The notes under the pieces: model-generated
Database searches by the model: none
The model's input: the letters and a program-made list of their open reading frames with translations, nothing else
What the model was told of the DNA's origin: nothing
Program-made: the position numbers and the translations under genes
Shown: one piece after another, positions 30,341-40,712 of the stretch
How the letters are laid out: each line of letters starts with the position of its first letter
Position numbering within the stretch: the first letter of the stretch is position 1
NCBI GenBank assembly: GCA_041649835.1
Contig: JBAZML010000001.1
Location: forward strand, 38,722-102,721
From: Candidatus Shapirobacteria bacterium
GTDB lineage: Bacteria > Patescibacteriota > Microgenomatia > UBA12405
Reading direction: 5' to 3'
DNA: 64,000 nt

Positions 30341-31921
30341 ATGATCAAAAAGGATCTGGAACGTTGGTTACAGGAAAATAAAATTGAAGGCAAAATTGAA
30401 CATCCCTCGATATCTAAGTTTGGCGATTATGCGGTCAGAACCGGAAAGCCTGTTGAGAATTTATCTGAAAACGATATTGTTGAAAAAACCGAATTTATGG
30501 CTGGTTTTATTAATATTTGGCTAAAGAAGGAAATTCTAAAAAAAGAAACTGAAGAAATCGGGACTGAAGTATGGAAAAATAATTTGGAAATCAATGGTCG
30601 GGGAAAAACAATGGTGATTGATTACAGCGCTCCCAATATCGCTAAACCTTTTGGAATAGGGCACTTAAGATCTACAGATATTGGTCAAGCAATTTACAAT
30701 ATTTACCAAATACTGGGATGGAAATGTATTGGTGATAATCATTTGGGTGATTGGGGAACTCAATTCGGGAAATTGATTGTGGCAATAAAAAAATGGGGGG
30801 TAAAACCAGTTGAAACAATGAGTATCGATGATTTAGAAACTTTATATGTTAAGTTTCATCAAGAAAGCGAAACTGATAAAGATTTAGAGGATGAGGCTAG
30901 AAAATGGTTTGCAAAATTAGAAAACAAAGATGTCGAAGCGACAGATATTTGGCAAAAATGCATTGATATTTCTATAAAGGAATTTGACCGGGTTTATGAA
31001 TTGCTTGGAGTAAAAATTGATTATGTTCTTGGCGAATCTTTCTACCTTGATAAGATGGATTCTGTTATTGAATTAATGGAAAATAAGGGAATACTAAAAC
31101 ATAGTGAAGGGGCTAAAATAATCGAATTTGAAAACATGCCACCAGCTATGACGACCAAATCAAATGGGACTACAACATATTTTTTAAGAGACATGGCAAC
31201 AGTAAAATACAGAATGGAAACTTGGAATCCAGACTTAATAATTTATGAAATTGGAGCGGACCAGGAATTGCACTGTCGACAAATATTTGAAACATCAAAA
31301 ATGTTGGGTTGGAAACCACAGTTTTACAATGTAGCTCATGGCATGATTAGGTGGGCTGATGGTAAATTTTCAACCAGAAAGGGACACACAATCCACTTAT
31401 CCGAAGTAATAGATAAGGCCATGGAAGAGGCGAAAAAAATTGCTCCCGACAATGATGAGAAAAAAATAAAAGCTGTAGCGATTGGAGCTATTAAATTTAA
31501 TGATTTATCCCAGGACCCAAAGAAGGATATAATTTTTGACTGGGAAAAGGTCATGTCAATGGAAGGAAATTCTGGACCGTATTTACAATACACTTATGCA
31601 AGATGTCAAAGTATTTTAAATAAAAGCAAAAAAAATAGTGAAATTAATGTTGATGAAAAATTAGAATCTGAAGAAGAAAATTTGTTGAGAGAATTTTATA
31701 AATTTGAAGAAAAAATAATTGAAGCAGCTGACAGATTTTCTCCGGCAGTGATAGCTGAATATTTAATCGGATTGGCAAGAAAATACAATGAATTTTACGC
31801 AAAATTTAGAGTAATTGGTGAGGAGACAGAGAAACGGAGATTATTTTTAACTGAAAGAACAGCTAAAATATTGAAACTGGGTCTAACTCTTTTGGGAATT
31901 GAAACAATGGAGAAGATGTAG
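30341..31921 (+). CDS. argS: Arginyl-tRNA synthetase
   Basis: Class I HIGH-type motif PFGIGHLRS, a DALR anticodon-binding C-terminus and a length of 526 aa. Confidence 0.9.
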   Translation: MIKKDLERWLQENKIEGKIEHPSISKFGDYAVRTGKPVENLSENDIVEKTEFMAGFINIWLKKEILKKETEEIGTEVWKNNLEINGRGKTMVIDYSAPNIAKPFGIGHLRSTDIGQAIYNIYQILGWKCIGDNHLGDWGTQFGKLIVAIKKWGVKPVETMSIDDLETLYVKFHQESETDKDLEDEARKWFAKLENKDVEATDIWQKCIDISIKEFDRVYELLGVKIDYVLGESFYLDKMDSVIELMENKGILKHSEGAKIIEFENMPPAMTTKSNGTTTYFLRDMATVKYRMETWNPDLIIYEIGADQELHCRQIFETSKMLGWKPQFYNVAHGMIRWADGKFSTRKGHTIHLSEVIDKAMEEAKKIAPDNDEKKIKAVAIGAIKFNDLSQDPKKDIIFDWEKVMSMEGNSGPYLQYTYARCQSILNKSKKNSEINVDEKLESEEENLLREFYKFEEKIIEAADRFSPAVIAEYLIGLARKYNEFYAKFRVIGEETEKRRLFLTERTAKILKLGLTLLGIETMEKM

Positions 31922-31924
31922 TGT

Positions 31925-34273
31925 TTAACTAAAAATCTTTTTGTAAATTTCGGAATAGTGGGTAACTGGAATAAATTTTATATCCCTTTTTACTTCTATT
32001 GGAATATCGACTAATGATTTTTGATTATCCTTGGGAATAAAAATAATTTTTAATCCTGCCCGATGAGCGGCCAGAGATTTTTCCTTTAAACCACCTATTT
32101 CTAAGATGTTCCCCCGAAGAGTTATTTCACCGGTCATACCAATATCATGGGGAATGGCTTTGTTGGTCAAGGCGGAAATAAGTGCAGTAGTGATAGCCCC
32201 ACCAGCGCTTGGACCATCCTTGGGAGTGGCACCCTCAGGAACATGGATATGAATATCAATTTTATGAAAATCTTGTTTAATCCCCCATTCTTTTGCCTGT
32301 GAACGGACAAAAGAGAGAGCAGCCTGACAAGATTCTTTCATGACTGAACCTAATTTCCCCGTCAATATTAATTGCCCTTTTCCAGGCATAATATTAACTT
32401 CAATAAAAAGAATGTCGCCACCAACAGATGTCCAAGCTAAACCGGTGGAAACACCAATTTCGTCTTTTTTACCCTTAAGTTGTGAGGTAAAACGTTCTGG
32501 TCCTAAAAATTTTTGTAATAATTTTTTATCATTTACATTAACTTTCTTGGATTTTCCTGACACTATTTTTTTGGCTGATTTTCTATAAATAGCAGCTATT
32601 ATTCTTTCTAAATTTCTGACACCGGCTTCGCGGGTATATTTGTCAATTAAATACCGAAGAGTTGAATCGTCAAATTTTGTAACTTGTGATTCTTTTAAAC
32701 CATTAGACTTTAATTCTTTACTGGTTAAATATTTTTGAGCAATATGAAACTTTTCGTCTTGGGTATAACCAGGAAAAGAAATTACCTCTAAACGATCACG
32801 AAGAGCGTAAGGGATAGAAGAATAATCATTGCCGGTAAGAATAAAAAACACTTTTGACAGGTCAAGAGGAAAATCTAGATAATGATCTGTAAAATTGTTG
32901 TTTTGTTCGGGATCAAGTGCTTCTAAAAGTGCGGCCGAAGGATCACCTCGATAATCTGAACCAATTTTATCAACCTCATCCAACATAAATATCGGATTCA
33001 TTGATTTGGCATCTTTAATACCGTTGACAATGCGTCCGGACATGGCACCGACATAAGTACGACGATGACCACGAATTTCGGCTTCATCCCGAATACCACC
33101 TAATGAAGCTCTGACAAATTTACGACCTAATGCATTGGCAATTGATTTACCTAATGAGGTTTTACCAACACCAGGAGGGCCAATGAAACAAAGAATATTG
33201 GTAGTTTTGGTATCACTATCTTTTTGTTGATTTTTCAATTTAATGACAGCGAGGTATTCCAATATTCTTTCTTTAATTTCTTTTAAACCATAATGATCTA
33301 GATTCAATATCTTTTCTGCCTTTTTTAGAGACAAGTCTGAAGTATCAAATTTACCCCAGGGAAGCTCGACAATACTTTCCAAATAAGTACGAATATAGCT
33401 TGCTTCCGGCGCCATAGAACCCATTTCAATCATTCGATTGTATTCTTTGAGAATTTTTTTCTTTATAGGTTGAGGCATTTTGGCGGTTTTAATTTTTCTT
33501 TCCAATTCATCAGTCTCACCACCACTACTTTTTCCCATCTTTTTTAACTCTTGTTCAATTTGATGTTTACGTTCTTCGAGAACATTCCGTTTCATGGCGC
33601 TATTAAATTTTTCTTGAGTTTTTTCTTCAATACTTCGCTCAAGATCAGCAACTTTCATCTCCTGAACCAAAAGAGCAGTGGCATGTTGAAGGCGTTTGGA
33701 AACTAATAGAGTCTCGAGAAGTTGTTGTTTTTCGGCAACTTTGGTATCAACAGCAAAAGAAACCTGATCAGCAAGATCAGAAGATGAAACACCCGTACTT
33801 AATTGCATCATGGCCGGAAGATCAAACTGACGACCAAGAGCAAAGGCTTTTTTTAATTGAGATAAAATTGCTTCGGCAGCCTGTTGTACATCAATTACCG
33901 GTTCATTGATTACCGGAAGCTCTTCATATTCTGCCAAAATAAAAGGATCGTTTTGAACAAAATTAACGATACTTATTCGGGAAAGTCCTTTGACAATGGC
34001 GTGCATACTCCCATCGGTTTGTAAAATATGTTCAATTTTTGCAATAACACCAACATTGTAAATATCGTTTATGCCTGGTTTTTCTGTAGTTGAGGATTTT
34101 TGAGCTGTGATTATTACCAAACGATCATATTTATCATAGGCTTCTAGTAAAGAATTACTCGATTCTTTTCTGCCAAAAAATAAAGAGGTTTCGACTGAAG
34201 GAAATAAAACTACATTTCGTAAAGGAATAAGAGGTAAAACTTTTTTTACAGGACTAGGGATTGTATCTGACAT
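31925..34273 (-). CDS. lon: ATP-dependent Lon protease
   Basis: LON N-domain, AAA+ Walker A GPPGVGKTSLG, and a protease domain containing the catalytic Ser motif PKDGPSAGG. Confidence 0.95.
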   Translation of the reverse strand: MSDTIPSPVKKVLPLIPLRNVVLFPSVETSLFFGRKESSNSLLEAYDKYDRLVIITAQKSSTTEKPGINDIYNVGVIAKIEHILQTDGSMHAIVKGLSRISIVNFVQNDPFILAEYEELPVINEPVIDVQQAAEAILSQLKKAFALGRQFDLPAMMQLSTGVSSSDLADQVSFAVDTKVAEKQQLLETLLVSKRLQHATALLVQEMKVADLERSIEEKTQEKFNSAMKRNVLEERKHQIEQELKKMGKSSGGETDELERKIKTAKMPQPIKKKILKEYNRMIEMGSMAPEASYIRTYLESIVELPWGKFDTSDLSLKKAEKILNLDHYGLKEIKERILEYLAVIKLKNQQKDSDTKTTNILCFIGPPGVGKTSLGKSIANALGRKFVRASLGGIRDEAEIRGHRRTYVGAMSGRIVNGIKDAKSMNPIFMLDEVDKIGSDYRGDPSAALLEALDPEQNNNFTDHYLDFPLDLSKVFFILTGNDYSSIPYALRDRLEVISFPGYTQDEKFHIAQKYLTSKELKSNGLKESQVTKFDDSTLRYLIDKYTREAGVRNLERIIAAIYRKSAKKIVSGKSKKVNVNDKKLLQKFLGPERFTSQLKGKKDEIGVSTGLAWTSVGGDILFIEVNIMPGKGQLILTGKLGSVMKESCQAALSFVRSQAKEWGIKQDFHKIDIHIHVPEGATPKDGPSAGGAITTALISALTNKAIPHDIGMTGEITLRGNILEIGGLKEKSLAAHRAGLKIIFIPKDNQKSLVDIPIEVKRDIKFIPVTHYSEIYKKIFS

Positions 34274-34329
34274 ATTTAGCAGTCTATCACTTTCACTGCT
34301 AAGTGTAAAGTGAGTAAATGAATGTTTTT

Positions 34330-34824
34330 TTAAATAATTTTAAAGGATTTGGCTAGCCTTTGAGAATCTTTTTGACTAATTTGATGAGTAAGGTGCTTAT
34401 ATTCTCTACTTGAATTAACGCCAATGCCACCCTCCATGTCTTTTAAGGTGAACAGAGTTATGTGGGTTGGTGGATAAATAAAACTATAACCAAAATGATG
34501 ATTAACAGCGGAAATCAGCTTTTTCAATCCCTGGAGGTAGACACGAACAATTATCGACTGTTTGTTTCCTTCTGTTACTCGTCGATAAATTTTGGTTATT
34601 TTTTTAAATTTTACCGGATATTTTTGTGCAAAACTTAAAACCTTTTTTTGATCAAAATCTGAAAAATCTTTTAGACGAATTAAACTAACATGATATCCGT
34701 TTTTGGAATAAAATATTTTGGTGCCAATTTTTATTTTTAAAATAATATTTAAATTGAGTGGAAACATTAAATAGCCATAATCTAAATATATGTTGGAATT
34801 AACGTTAAAAATGTTTTTATTCAT
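34330..34824 (-). CDS. Putative 2H phosphoesterase superfamily (LigT-like) protein
   Basis: Two H-x-[ST]-x motifs (YHVSL and THITL) about 85 aa apart in a 164-aa protein. Confidence 0.4.
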   Translation of the reverse strand: MNKNIFNVNSNIYLDYGYLMFPLNLNIILKIKIGTKIFYSKNGYHVSLIRLKDFSDFDQKKVLSFAQKYPVKFKKITKIYRRVTEGNKQSIIVRVYLQGLKKLISAVNHHFGYSFIYPPTHITLFTLKDMEGGIGVNSSREYKHLTHQISQKDSQRLAKSFKII

Positions 34825-34848
34825 ATTTTAGGGTAAAATACTCTAATA

Positions 34849-35763
34849 ATGAGAGCAATGGAAGAAATTGTTAAGAAAAAATATGGAATGGTTGTCATTT
34901 TAGGACGACCGAATACTGGCAAGTCTACCCTACTTAATGCCATCATGCAACAAAAAGTGGCGATAACTTCACCCCTTCCCCAAACAACCCGAAAAAATAT
35001 TATGGCTGTTTACGAAGATGAACGCGGAAAAATTTTGTTTACCGATACTCCGGGAGTACTTGGTAAGGTAACTGATTTAATGGGAAAAAAAGTTAATCAG
35101 GAAGTTCCTAAAACTTTAAACAAAGCCCAAATAATTATTTGTGTAGTTGATATCTCTAGACCGAAAAGTGAAGAAGAAAATAAAGTAATCGGATTAATTA
35201 GAAAAGTTGACGCTCAAAAAATATTAATTTACAACAAAACAGACAAGGCTGTTGGAAGTAAGGATCATTTTGCTGACTATAACTACCTTGAAGAAGAATT
35301 TGATAAAACTTTGTCAATTTCGGCTTTAAAAGAGAAAAATGTAAAAGCCGTAATTAATGCAGTTTTTGAATTGTTACCACTTAAAAATGACAAACAAACA
35401 GAGATGGAAATTGCGGCCCATCAGGATGATAGTAAAACGCTAATTGGGATGGGGTCCAAAGAGTATATTGAAGAAATTATTAGAGAAAAGGCTTATTTGT
35501 TTTTGCGTGAAGAAATTCCATATACCATTTTTGTGGAGGTAGATAAGGTTGAGGACAAGAAAAAATTGATTGTAATTTCCGCCACTATTTATACTAATGC
35601 TGATCGTTACAAAAAAATGATTATCGGTAAAGAGGGGCAAAAGATTAAAGAGATTGGCTACAATGCCAGAAAAGAATTAGAACTGATGTCGCAACGTAAA
35701 ATCTTTTTGGAACTAACGGTAAAAACAGATAAACACTGGATGGAAAGAGTACAGGATTTGTAG
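34849..35763 (+). CDS. era: GTPase Era
   Basis: G1 GRPNTGKST, G3 DTPG, NKTD, and a C-terminal KH domain. Confidence 0.9.
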   Translation: MRAMEEIVKKKYGMVVILGRPNTGKSTLLNAIMQQKVAITSPLPQTTRKNIMAVYEDERGKILFTDTPGVLGKVTDLMGKKVNQEVPKTLNKAQIIICVVDISRPKSEEENKVIGLIRKVDAQKILIYNKTDKAVGSKDHFADYNYLEEEFDKTLSISALKEKNVKAVINAVFELLPLKNDKQTEMEIAAHQDDSKTLIGMGSKEYIEEIIREKAYLFLREEIPYTIFVEVDKVEDKKKLIVISATIYTNADRYKKMIIGKEGQKIKEIGYNARKELELMSQRKIFLELTVKTDKHWMERVQDL

Positions 35764-35944
35764 AATTTTATATCTTATAATATTGACTTTTAGGCTATTT
35801 TTTGATATCATTTGAGTTGGATTAATATAAAAAGCTTATATTTGAATCCGGCTCTTTAAAACAACGGAGGAAGAAAATTTGAACTGAAAAATTAGATTGA
35901 GAATTGTCTCTATCTATAATTCAGTTCAAAAAAAGGAGAACTTG

Positions 35945-36346
35945 ATGAAAAAAGTATTTGCAATAACAAGGCACCTTGCAGAAATAGCTGTAACCACTCT
36001 GTCTTTGATTGGGTTAGTAAACCTAACAACCCTAACTCTTGTTAAACTTGGAGTTAAAATGCCAGCATTTTTACTGTCTAATATATGGGGAAAACCCATT
36101 GTCGATAGTGCAATTAGCTGGATCTTAATTTTACTTGGCATATTGATGTCAATCGTGTTAAGTAAATTAAAGGGATGGTGGTCTCTAGGTTGTATTCCAA
36201 TTTCAATTTTGCTGGTGATACTCTGGGAATCAACTAATGAGAGTGTGTTTGCACTTGCTACAAGTATCACCGGACTATATTTATTAGTCAGTTTATGCTT
36301 AAGTTTTCCCTCTTTTCAAAAAATAATTTTTTCCTCCGGCTACTAA
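35945..36346 (+). CDS. Small multi-pass membrane protein (133 aa)
   Basis: Start reassigned to ATG 35945, which is preceded by an AAGGAGA RBS. About 4 TM helices. No motif. Confidence 0.45.
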   Translation: MKKVFAITRHLAEIAVTTLSLIGLVNLTTLTLVKLGVKMPAFLLSNIWGKPIVDSAISWILILLGILMSIVLSKLKGWWSLGCIPISILLVILWESTNESVFALATSITGLYLLVSLCLSFPSFQKIIFSSGY

Positions 36347-36361
36347 AGCCACCACACCTAT

Positions 36362-36393
36362 CCTCCAACGAGGTTCTTTTACCTCGTTGGAGG
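36362..36393 (+). terminator. Perfect 13-bp stem hairpin (cctccaacgaggt-tctttt-acctcgttggagg), a candidate intrinsic terminator
   Basis: Lies 15 nt after the stop of the CDS at 35945..36346. The 3' flank TTCTTATGG is only moderately U-rich. Confidence 0.35.
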
Positions 36394-36487
36394 TTCTTAT
36401 GGTGTGCTTTAGTATTTTGTTGTCTGTCGATGAATCGGCACTGATGAGTATTTCCAAGAAATTGGGAAACGAAACAACAAAAAATAA

Positions 36488-36530
36488 TTGACAGGGCAAG
36501 CTAATTCCTCTAGACTAGGATTGTTATAAT
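36488..36530 (+). promoter_or_regulatory. Sigma-70-like promoter candidates upstream of the YtxH-like gene
   Basis: TTGACA (36488..36493), a 17-nt spacer, then TAGACT. Also an extended -10 TGtTATAAT (36522..36530) 13 nt before the ATG at 36544. Confidence 0.3.
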
Positions 36531-36543
36531 TTTTATTTTTAAA

Positions 36544-36969
36544 ATGTCAAAAACAGGTAAATTCTTTTTAGCAGGAATATTAGGTGCAGTGGCTGGTGCG
36601 GTTGGTGGTTTATTGTTAGCTCCACAAAGTGGAAAGAAGACCAGACAAGAAATTGCTGATTTGGCCGAAGAACTAGCTTTAAGAGTGAAAACAAAGGCCG
36701 ACGATACCCGAAATTTAGTAGTTGATGTCTATGGAAAATATACAGAAGAAGGTAAGGCTAAATACTTGGAAATTAAAGAAGCTGTTGTTTCAAAAATTGC
36801 CACTGTTAAAACAGCCGGAGAAAATATAGACAAAGAGAAATATGAAAAAGTTGTTGAAGATGTGGTAGCTGATTTTAAGGGTGATTTAGAAGCAACAAAA
36901 GATGGCGGTTCTAAAATTATTAGATACCTTAAAAAGGATTGGGAGAAAATCAAAAAGGCTTTGGCCTAA
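36544..36969 (+). CDS. YtxH-like (DUF948) membrane-anchored general-stress-type protein
   Basis: N-terminal GILGAVAGAVGGLLLAPQSGKKTRQEI motif followed by a long charged helix. Confidence 0.6.
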   Translation: MSKTGKFFLAGILGAVAGAVGGLLLAPQSGKKTRQEIADLAEELALRVKTKADDTRNLVVDVYGKYTEEGKAKYLEIKEAVVSKIATVKTAGENIDKEKYEKVVEDVVADFKGDLEATKDGGSKIIRYLKKDWEKIKKALA

Positions 36970-37925
36970 AGTTCTTTGTCAAGTTCCTTGGTAATTAAGT
37001 CACTAAGTTTTTTAAGACTCTCGGTGTCGATAATAGATACCGAGAGTTTTGCTTTGAGAGACTTTTGAAGTTTGGCAACTTCAGTAGGTTCTAAAACATC
37101 AGACTTGGTAAGTATTAAGATTTCTGGTTTTTCAGCTAGGGTTGAAGAGTAATTAATAATTTCTTGACGAACTGTTTTATAATCAGCTTTTGGATCTTGA
37201 GATTCACAAGAAAGACAGTGAACTAATATTTTTGTTCTTTCAATATGTTTCAAAAATTTTATACCTAAACCCTTGCCATCACTTGCCCCCTCGATTAACC
37301 CCGGAATATCAGCAATGATTTTGCCTCCTTTAGTAACTCCCAAATTTGGTTCTAGGGTTGTAAAAGCATAATTGGCTACCCGAGCATTAGCTGAAGTCAA
37401 CTCATTTAGTAGACTGGTTTTACCGGCATTGGGCAAACCAATTAGACCAATTTCAGCGATTAACTTTAATTGAATAAAAATATTTCTGACGGCAGTTTTG
37501 TAGCCGCGTTTGAATTGACGAGGTTGTTGATTGGTGGCAGAGCGAAAATGGTGATTTCCCCAGCCACCGTTACCACCTTTGGCGGCAAGGTAAGTTTCTC
37601 CAACTTCGGTAAACTCTTTGCTGGTTCCATTATCATAATGAACAACACTACCAACAGGTACTTCGACAACTAAATCACGACCGTTTTTTCCAGACATTTG
37701 ATTTAAGCCACCTTTTTCTCCCGGTTGGGCTTCAATTTTATTCAGATAACGAAATTGAGAAAGACGACTAATATCTGAGACCGCTTTAAAATAAATATCA
37801 CCGCCATCACCACCCTTACCACCATCGGGACCACCTTTGGGGCGATCTCCATCATGATAAAAATGAACAATTCCATCACCGCCGTCACCAGCCTTGAGGG
37901 TAATATTGACTTCGTCGATTAACAT
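36966..37925 (-). CDS. obg: GTPase Obg/CgtA
   Basis: Gly-rich Obg fold (KAGDGGDGIVHF…GGPDGGKGGDGGDI) and a G domain (GLIGLPNAGKTSLL). Start at Met MLIDEV (37925). Confidence 0.9.
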   Translation of the reverse strand: MLIDEVNITLKAGDGGDGIVHFYHDGDRPKGGPDGGKGGDGGDIYFKAVSDISRLSQFRYLNKIEAQPGEKGGLNQMSGKNGRDLVVEVPVGSVVHYDNGTSKEFTEVGETYLAAKGGNGGWGNHHFRSATNQQPRQFKRGYKTAVRNIFIQLKLIAEIGLIGLPNAGKTSLLNELTSANARVANYAFTTLEPNLGVTKGGKIIADIPGLIEGASDGKGLGIKFLKHIERTKILVHCLSCESQDPKADYKTVRQEIINYSSTLAEKPEILILTKSDVLEPTEVAKLQKSLKAKLSVSIIDTESLKKLSDLITKELDKEL

Positions 37926-37939
37926 AGTTTGATTATACC

Positions 37940-38926
37940 TTAAATTCCAGTAATTAATTGACCACATGCAGAATCTATTGATTGACCAAAAGATTGCCGT
38001 AGAGAAAAGTTTTGATGAGTCTTGCTTAATGCATCTGTAAATATCTTCATTTTGGGAGAAGGAAGCAAGCCACCTTTAATGGGATTTAGGGGAATTAAAT
38101 TTAAATAAAACAAATTATTACTTTTCAAAAGATTTATTAACTCCGACAAGTCGGAGTCTGAATCATTTATATCCTTAATTAAGGCATATTCTAAAAATAA
38201 TTGGCGTCTGGTGTGAACAGTGTAATAATTTAGCGACTTTATTAATTCTTCATACGGATATGTTTTTGCTATTGGCATAATCATTTCCCTCGATTTTTGA
38301 TTTGAAGCGTGAAGAGAAATGGCTAAATTTATCTCAGTATCTAAATCAGCAAAATTATAAATTCGAGGAATAATTCCGGCAGTAGAGATAGATATTTTTC
38401 TGGAGCCTATATCTAGATTTTCTTTTATTATTCTCAGAGAGTCCATTAAATTGTCCCAATTTAAAAATGGTTCACCCATACCCATAAAAACAATTCGACC
38501 AATATATCTCGGAAAAATTTTATGATTCCAGTAAATTATCTGATCAATAATTTCTTCAGAAGTCAGATCTCTTTTTAGACCCATTTTCCCTGTGGCACAG
38601 AAGGCACAACCCAAGGGGCAACCCACCTGCGAAGAAACACAGGCAGTAACCCACTGATCATAATCCATTAATACCGATTCCACGGCTAAATTATCGTTCA
38701 ACTTTAACGCAACTTTTTTGGTATCAATACCTTCAGATAATTTAATTTCTGAGACAGAGAGAAGAGAAAATTTTTCATCGAGACTGGCACGAAGTTCCTT
38801 GGGTAAATCGGTCATTTCAGAAAAAGATTGATAACGTCCCGAAAAATAATTTTTTACAATTTGTCGATATCGAAAACTCGGTAAGTTTAAAGTGTCAAAA
38901 TAATTCTTGATTGCAGTTAGGTCCAC
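37940..38926 (-). CDS. rlmN: Radical-SAM 23S rRNA/tRNA m2A methyltransferase RlmN
   Basis: CxxxCxxC cluster (GCPLGCAFCATG) and an RlmN-type N-terminus. Confidence 0.85.
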   Translation of the reverse strand: MDLTAIKNYFDTLNLPSFRYRQIVKNYFSGRYQSFSEMTDLPKELRASLDEKFSLLSVSEIKLSEGIDTKKVALKLNDNLAVESVLMDYDQWVTACVSSQVGCPLGCAFCATGKMGLKRDLTSEEIIDQIIYWNHKIFPRYIGRIVFMGMGEPFLNWDNLMDSLRIIKENLDIGSRKISISTAGIIPRIYNFADLDTEINLAISLHASNQKSREMIMPIAKTYPYEELIKSLNYYTVHTRRQLFLEYALIKDINDSDSDLSELINLLKSNNLFYLNLIPLNPIKGGLLPSPKMKIFTDALSKTHQNFSLRQSFGQSIDSACGQLITGI

Positions 38927-38929
38927 TAT

Positions 38930-39238
38930 CTATTTTAGCGCGTTTAAGTAGTCTTGTTTTTGATGAAAACCAATGATGGTGTTTTTGAGCTTACCTTTTT
39001 CAAATATCAAGACAGCGGGGATAGAAGAAACATTATAATTACTGGCTAATTCCTGATTTTCATCAACATTGAGTTTAGTAACCTTGACGGTGTCTTTTAA
39101 TTCATCACCAATTTCATCAATAATTGGCCCAAGCATCTGACAAGGTCCACACCAAGGAGCCCAAAAATCGACTATGACTTGGTTTGGATTATCCAATACT
39201 TCAACTTTAAAATTATTTTGATTAACAACTGTGTACAT
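38930..39238 (-). CDS. trxA: Thioredoxin
   Basis: WAPWCGPC active site. 102 aa. Confidence 0.9.
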   Translation of the reverse strand: MYTVVNQNNFKVEVLDNPNQVIVDFWAPWCGPCQMLGPIIDEIGDELKDTVKVTKLNVDENQELASNYNVSSIPAVLIFEKGKLKNTIIGFHQKQDYLNALK

Positions 39239-39255
39239 TTTTTAAAAAATATATA

Positions 39256-39660
39256 TTAATCTGTTTTCTTAACTAATTTCGCAGTATAAACAATAGTCCT
39301 TAGTACCCCATCAGAACCCTCAATTTGATTGAGACCGGAAAGGGTAACATATTGAGCCAAATAATCAGAAAGAGCCACTCGAAGTTCTTTAACCTGAGCT
39401 TGGGAATCTTTGATTTTTTCAACCAAAGTAACAGATTCAGAACGTTTTAAAACTTTTTGTTTGGCAATTGTCTTAAGCTTGGTATATTTACTAGCTTCTG
39501 TAGCAGAAGTACGATATTCTTCGTCATTATCAAGAATACCGTCAAGCATTTCTTTGTGTGTCCTGAGCTCTTTACTTAAAATATCGAGACGTTGGTCGTG
39601 ACTTTTAACTAAATTTTCGATGCTTATCAAATTTTTGGCGACGTTAGTTGAATCTGTCAT
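39256..39660 (-). CDS. Hypothetical coiled-coil protein (134 aa)
   Basis: Heptad-rich with no motif. Sits inside the rlmN-trx-dus operon-like run. Confidence 0.4.
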   Translation of the reverse strand: MTDSTNVAKNLISIENLVKSHDQRLDILSKELRTHKEMLDGILDNDEEYRTSATEASKYTKLKTIAKQKVLKRSESVTLVEKIKDSQAQVKELRVALSDYLAQYVTLSGLNQIEGSDGVLRTIVYTAKLVKKTD

Positions 39661-39671
39661 ATCGTATTAAT

Positions 39672-40712
39672 CTAGCAGTTGAGAAGACGCTCTTCAAGGG
39701 CATAAAGTTGATCAACCTTATTTAGCTTAACAATTTCCATACGTAGTTCTTTGGCGGCAGGATGACCGGAGACATATAGTAAAAAATGCCGACGCAATGG
39801 ATCAAAACGGCGTTCGGGAAATATGTCAGTAAAATTTTTGGCATGTAAAAGCATGGCACTAAATTTTTCTTTAAATTCGGGTTTTTTGTCGTTAAATACC
39901 CATGGATTTCCCATAGCAGCACGACCAATTAGAACTCCATCAACTCCATATTTTTGACAATATTCAAGTGCTTGAGTACGCGACTCGACATCACCATTTC
40001 CAAAGAATATGGTATTGGTTTTTTTGGCTAATTTGGCTGCTTTAGCGATAACTTCCCAATCGGCGACACCGGCATAGCCTTGCTTAAGAGTACGGCCATG
40101 AAGAGTTAAAAAATCTAGGTGATGTGAAAGTAGAAATGGAATCCAAAAGTCCGTGGTGTCAAAAGAGATACCAATACGGGTTTTTACCGAAAGGGTGGGA
40201 ATTATTTTTCCGATAAATTTAGAATATTTATTATTCCTTTCTATCACTTTATAAACTTTTTCTTTTAGTTTTAAATCTTCTAATGTAACTTTATTTTTCG
40301 CAAAATCTGAGACTGCTTTTTGAACGTTTTTTATAATTTGACTGGCTAGTTCAGGCTTGTCGATTAAAGAAGCGCCAGATCCATGCTGGGTAACTGTTTT
40401 GGCTGGACAACCAAAATTTATGTCGATACCATCAAAGCCTAAATAACAAAGAATTACCGCAGCAGTATAAAAGGACTCGGGGTCCTTTCCAAATAATTGG
40501 CCTATAATTGGGTGTTCTTGAGGTGAATAAAGTAAAGTATCAAAAAGTTTAACCGCATTGTGAGCCAAACCTTCAGCGCTGACAAACTCAGTAAAAATTA
40601 TATCTGGTTTGGCTATTTCACATTGAGTGACCCGAAATGCTTCATCTGTAATCCCATCCATAGGAGACAGAGCGACAATTTTTTGAGAGTGAATTAAGGT
40701 CTTAAGATCCAT
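39672..40712 (-). CDS. tRNA-dihydrouridine synthase
   Basis: Dus TIM-barrel motifs (LSPMDGITD…, DINFGCP…, catalytic-Cys region). Confidence 0.85.
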   Translation of the reverse strand: MDLKTLIHSQKIVALSPMDGITDEAFRVTQCEIAKPDIIFTEFVSAEGLAHNAVKLFDTLLYSPQEHPIIGQLFGKDPESFYTAAVILCYLGFDGIDINFGCPAKTVTQHGSGASLIDKPELASQIIKNVQKAVSDFAKNKVTLEDLKLKEKVYKVIERNNKYSKFIGKIIPTLSVKTRIGISFDTTDFWIPFLLSHHLDFLTLHGRTLKQGYAGVADWEVIAKAAKLAKKTNTIFFGNGDVESRTQALEYCQKYGVDGVLIGRAAMGNPWVFNDKKPEFKEKFSAMLLHAKNFTDIFPERRFDPLRRHFLLYVSGHPAAKELRMEIVKLNKVDQLYALEERLLNC

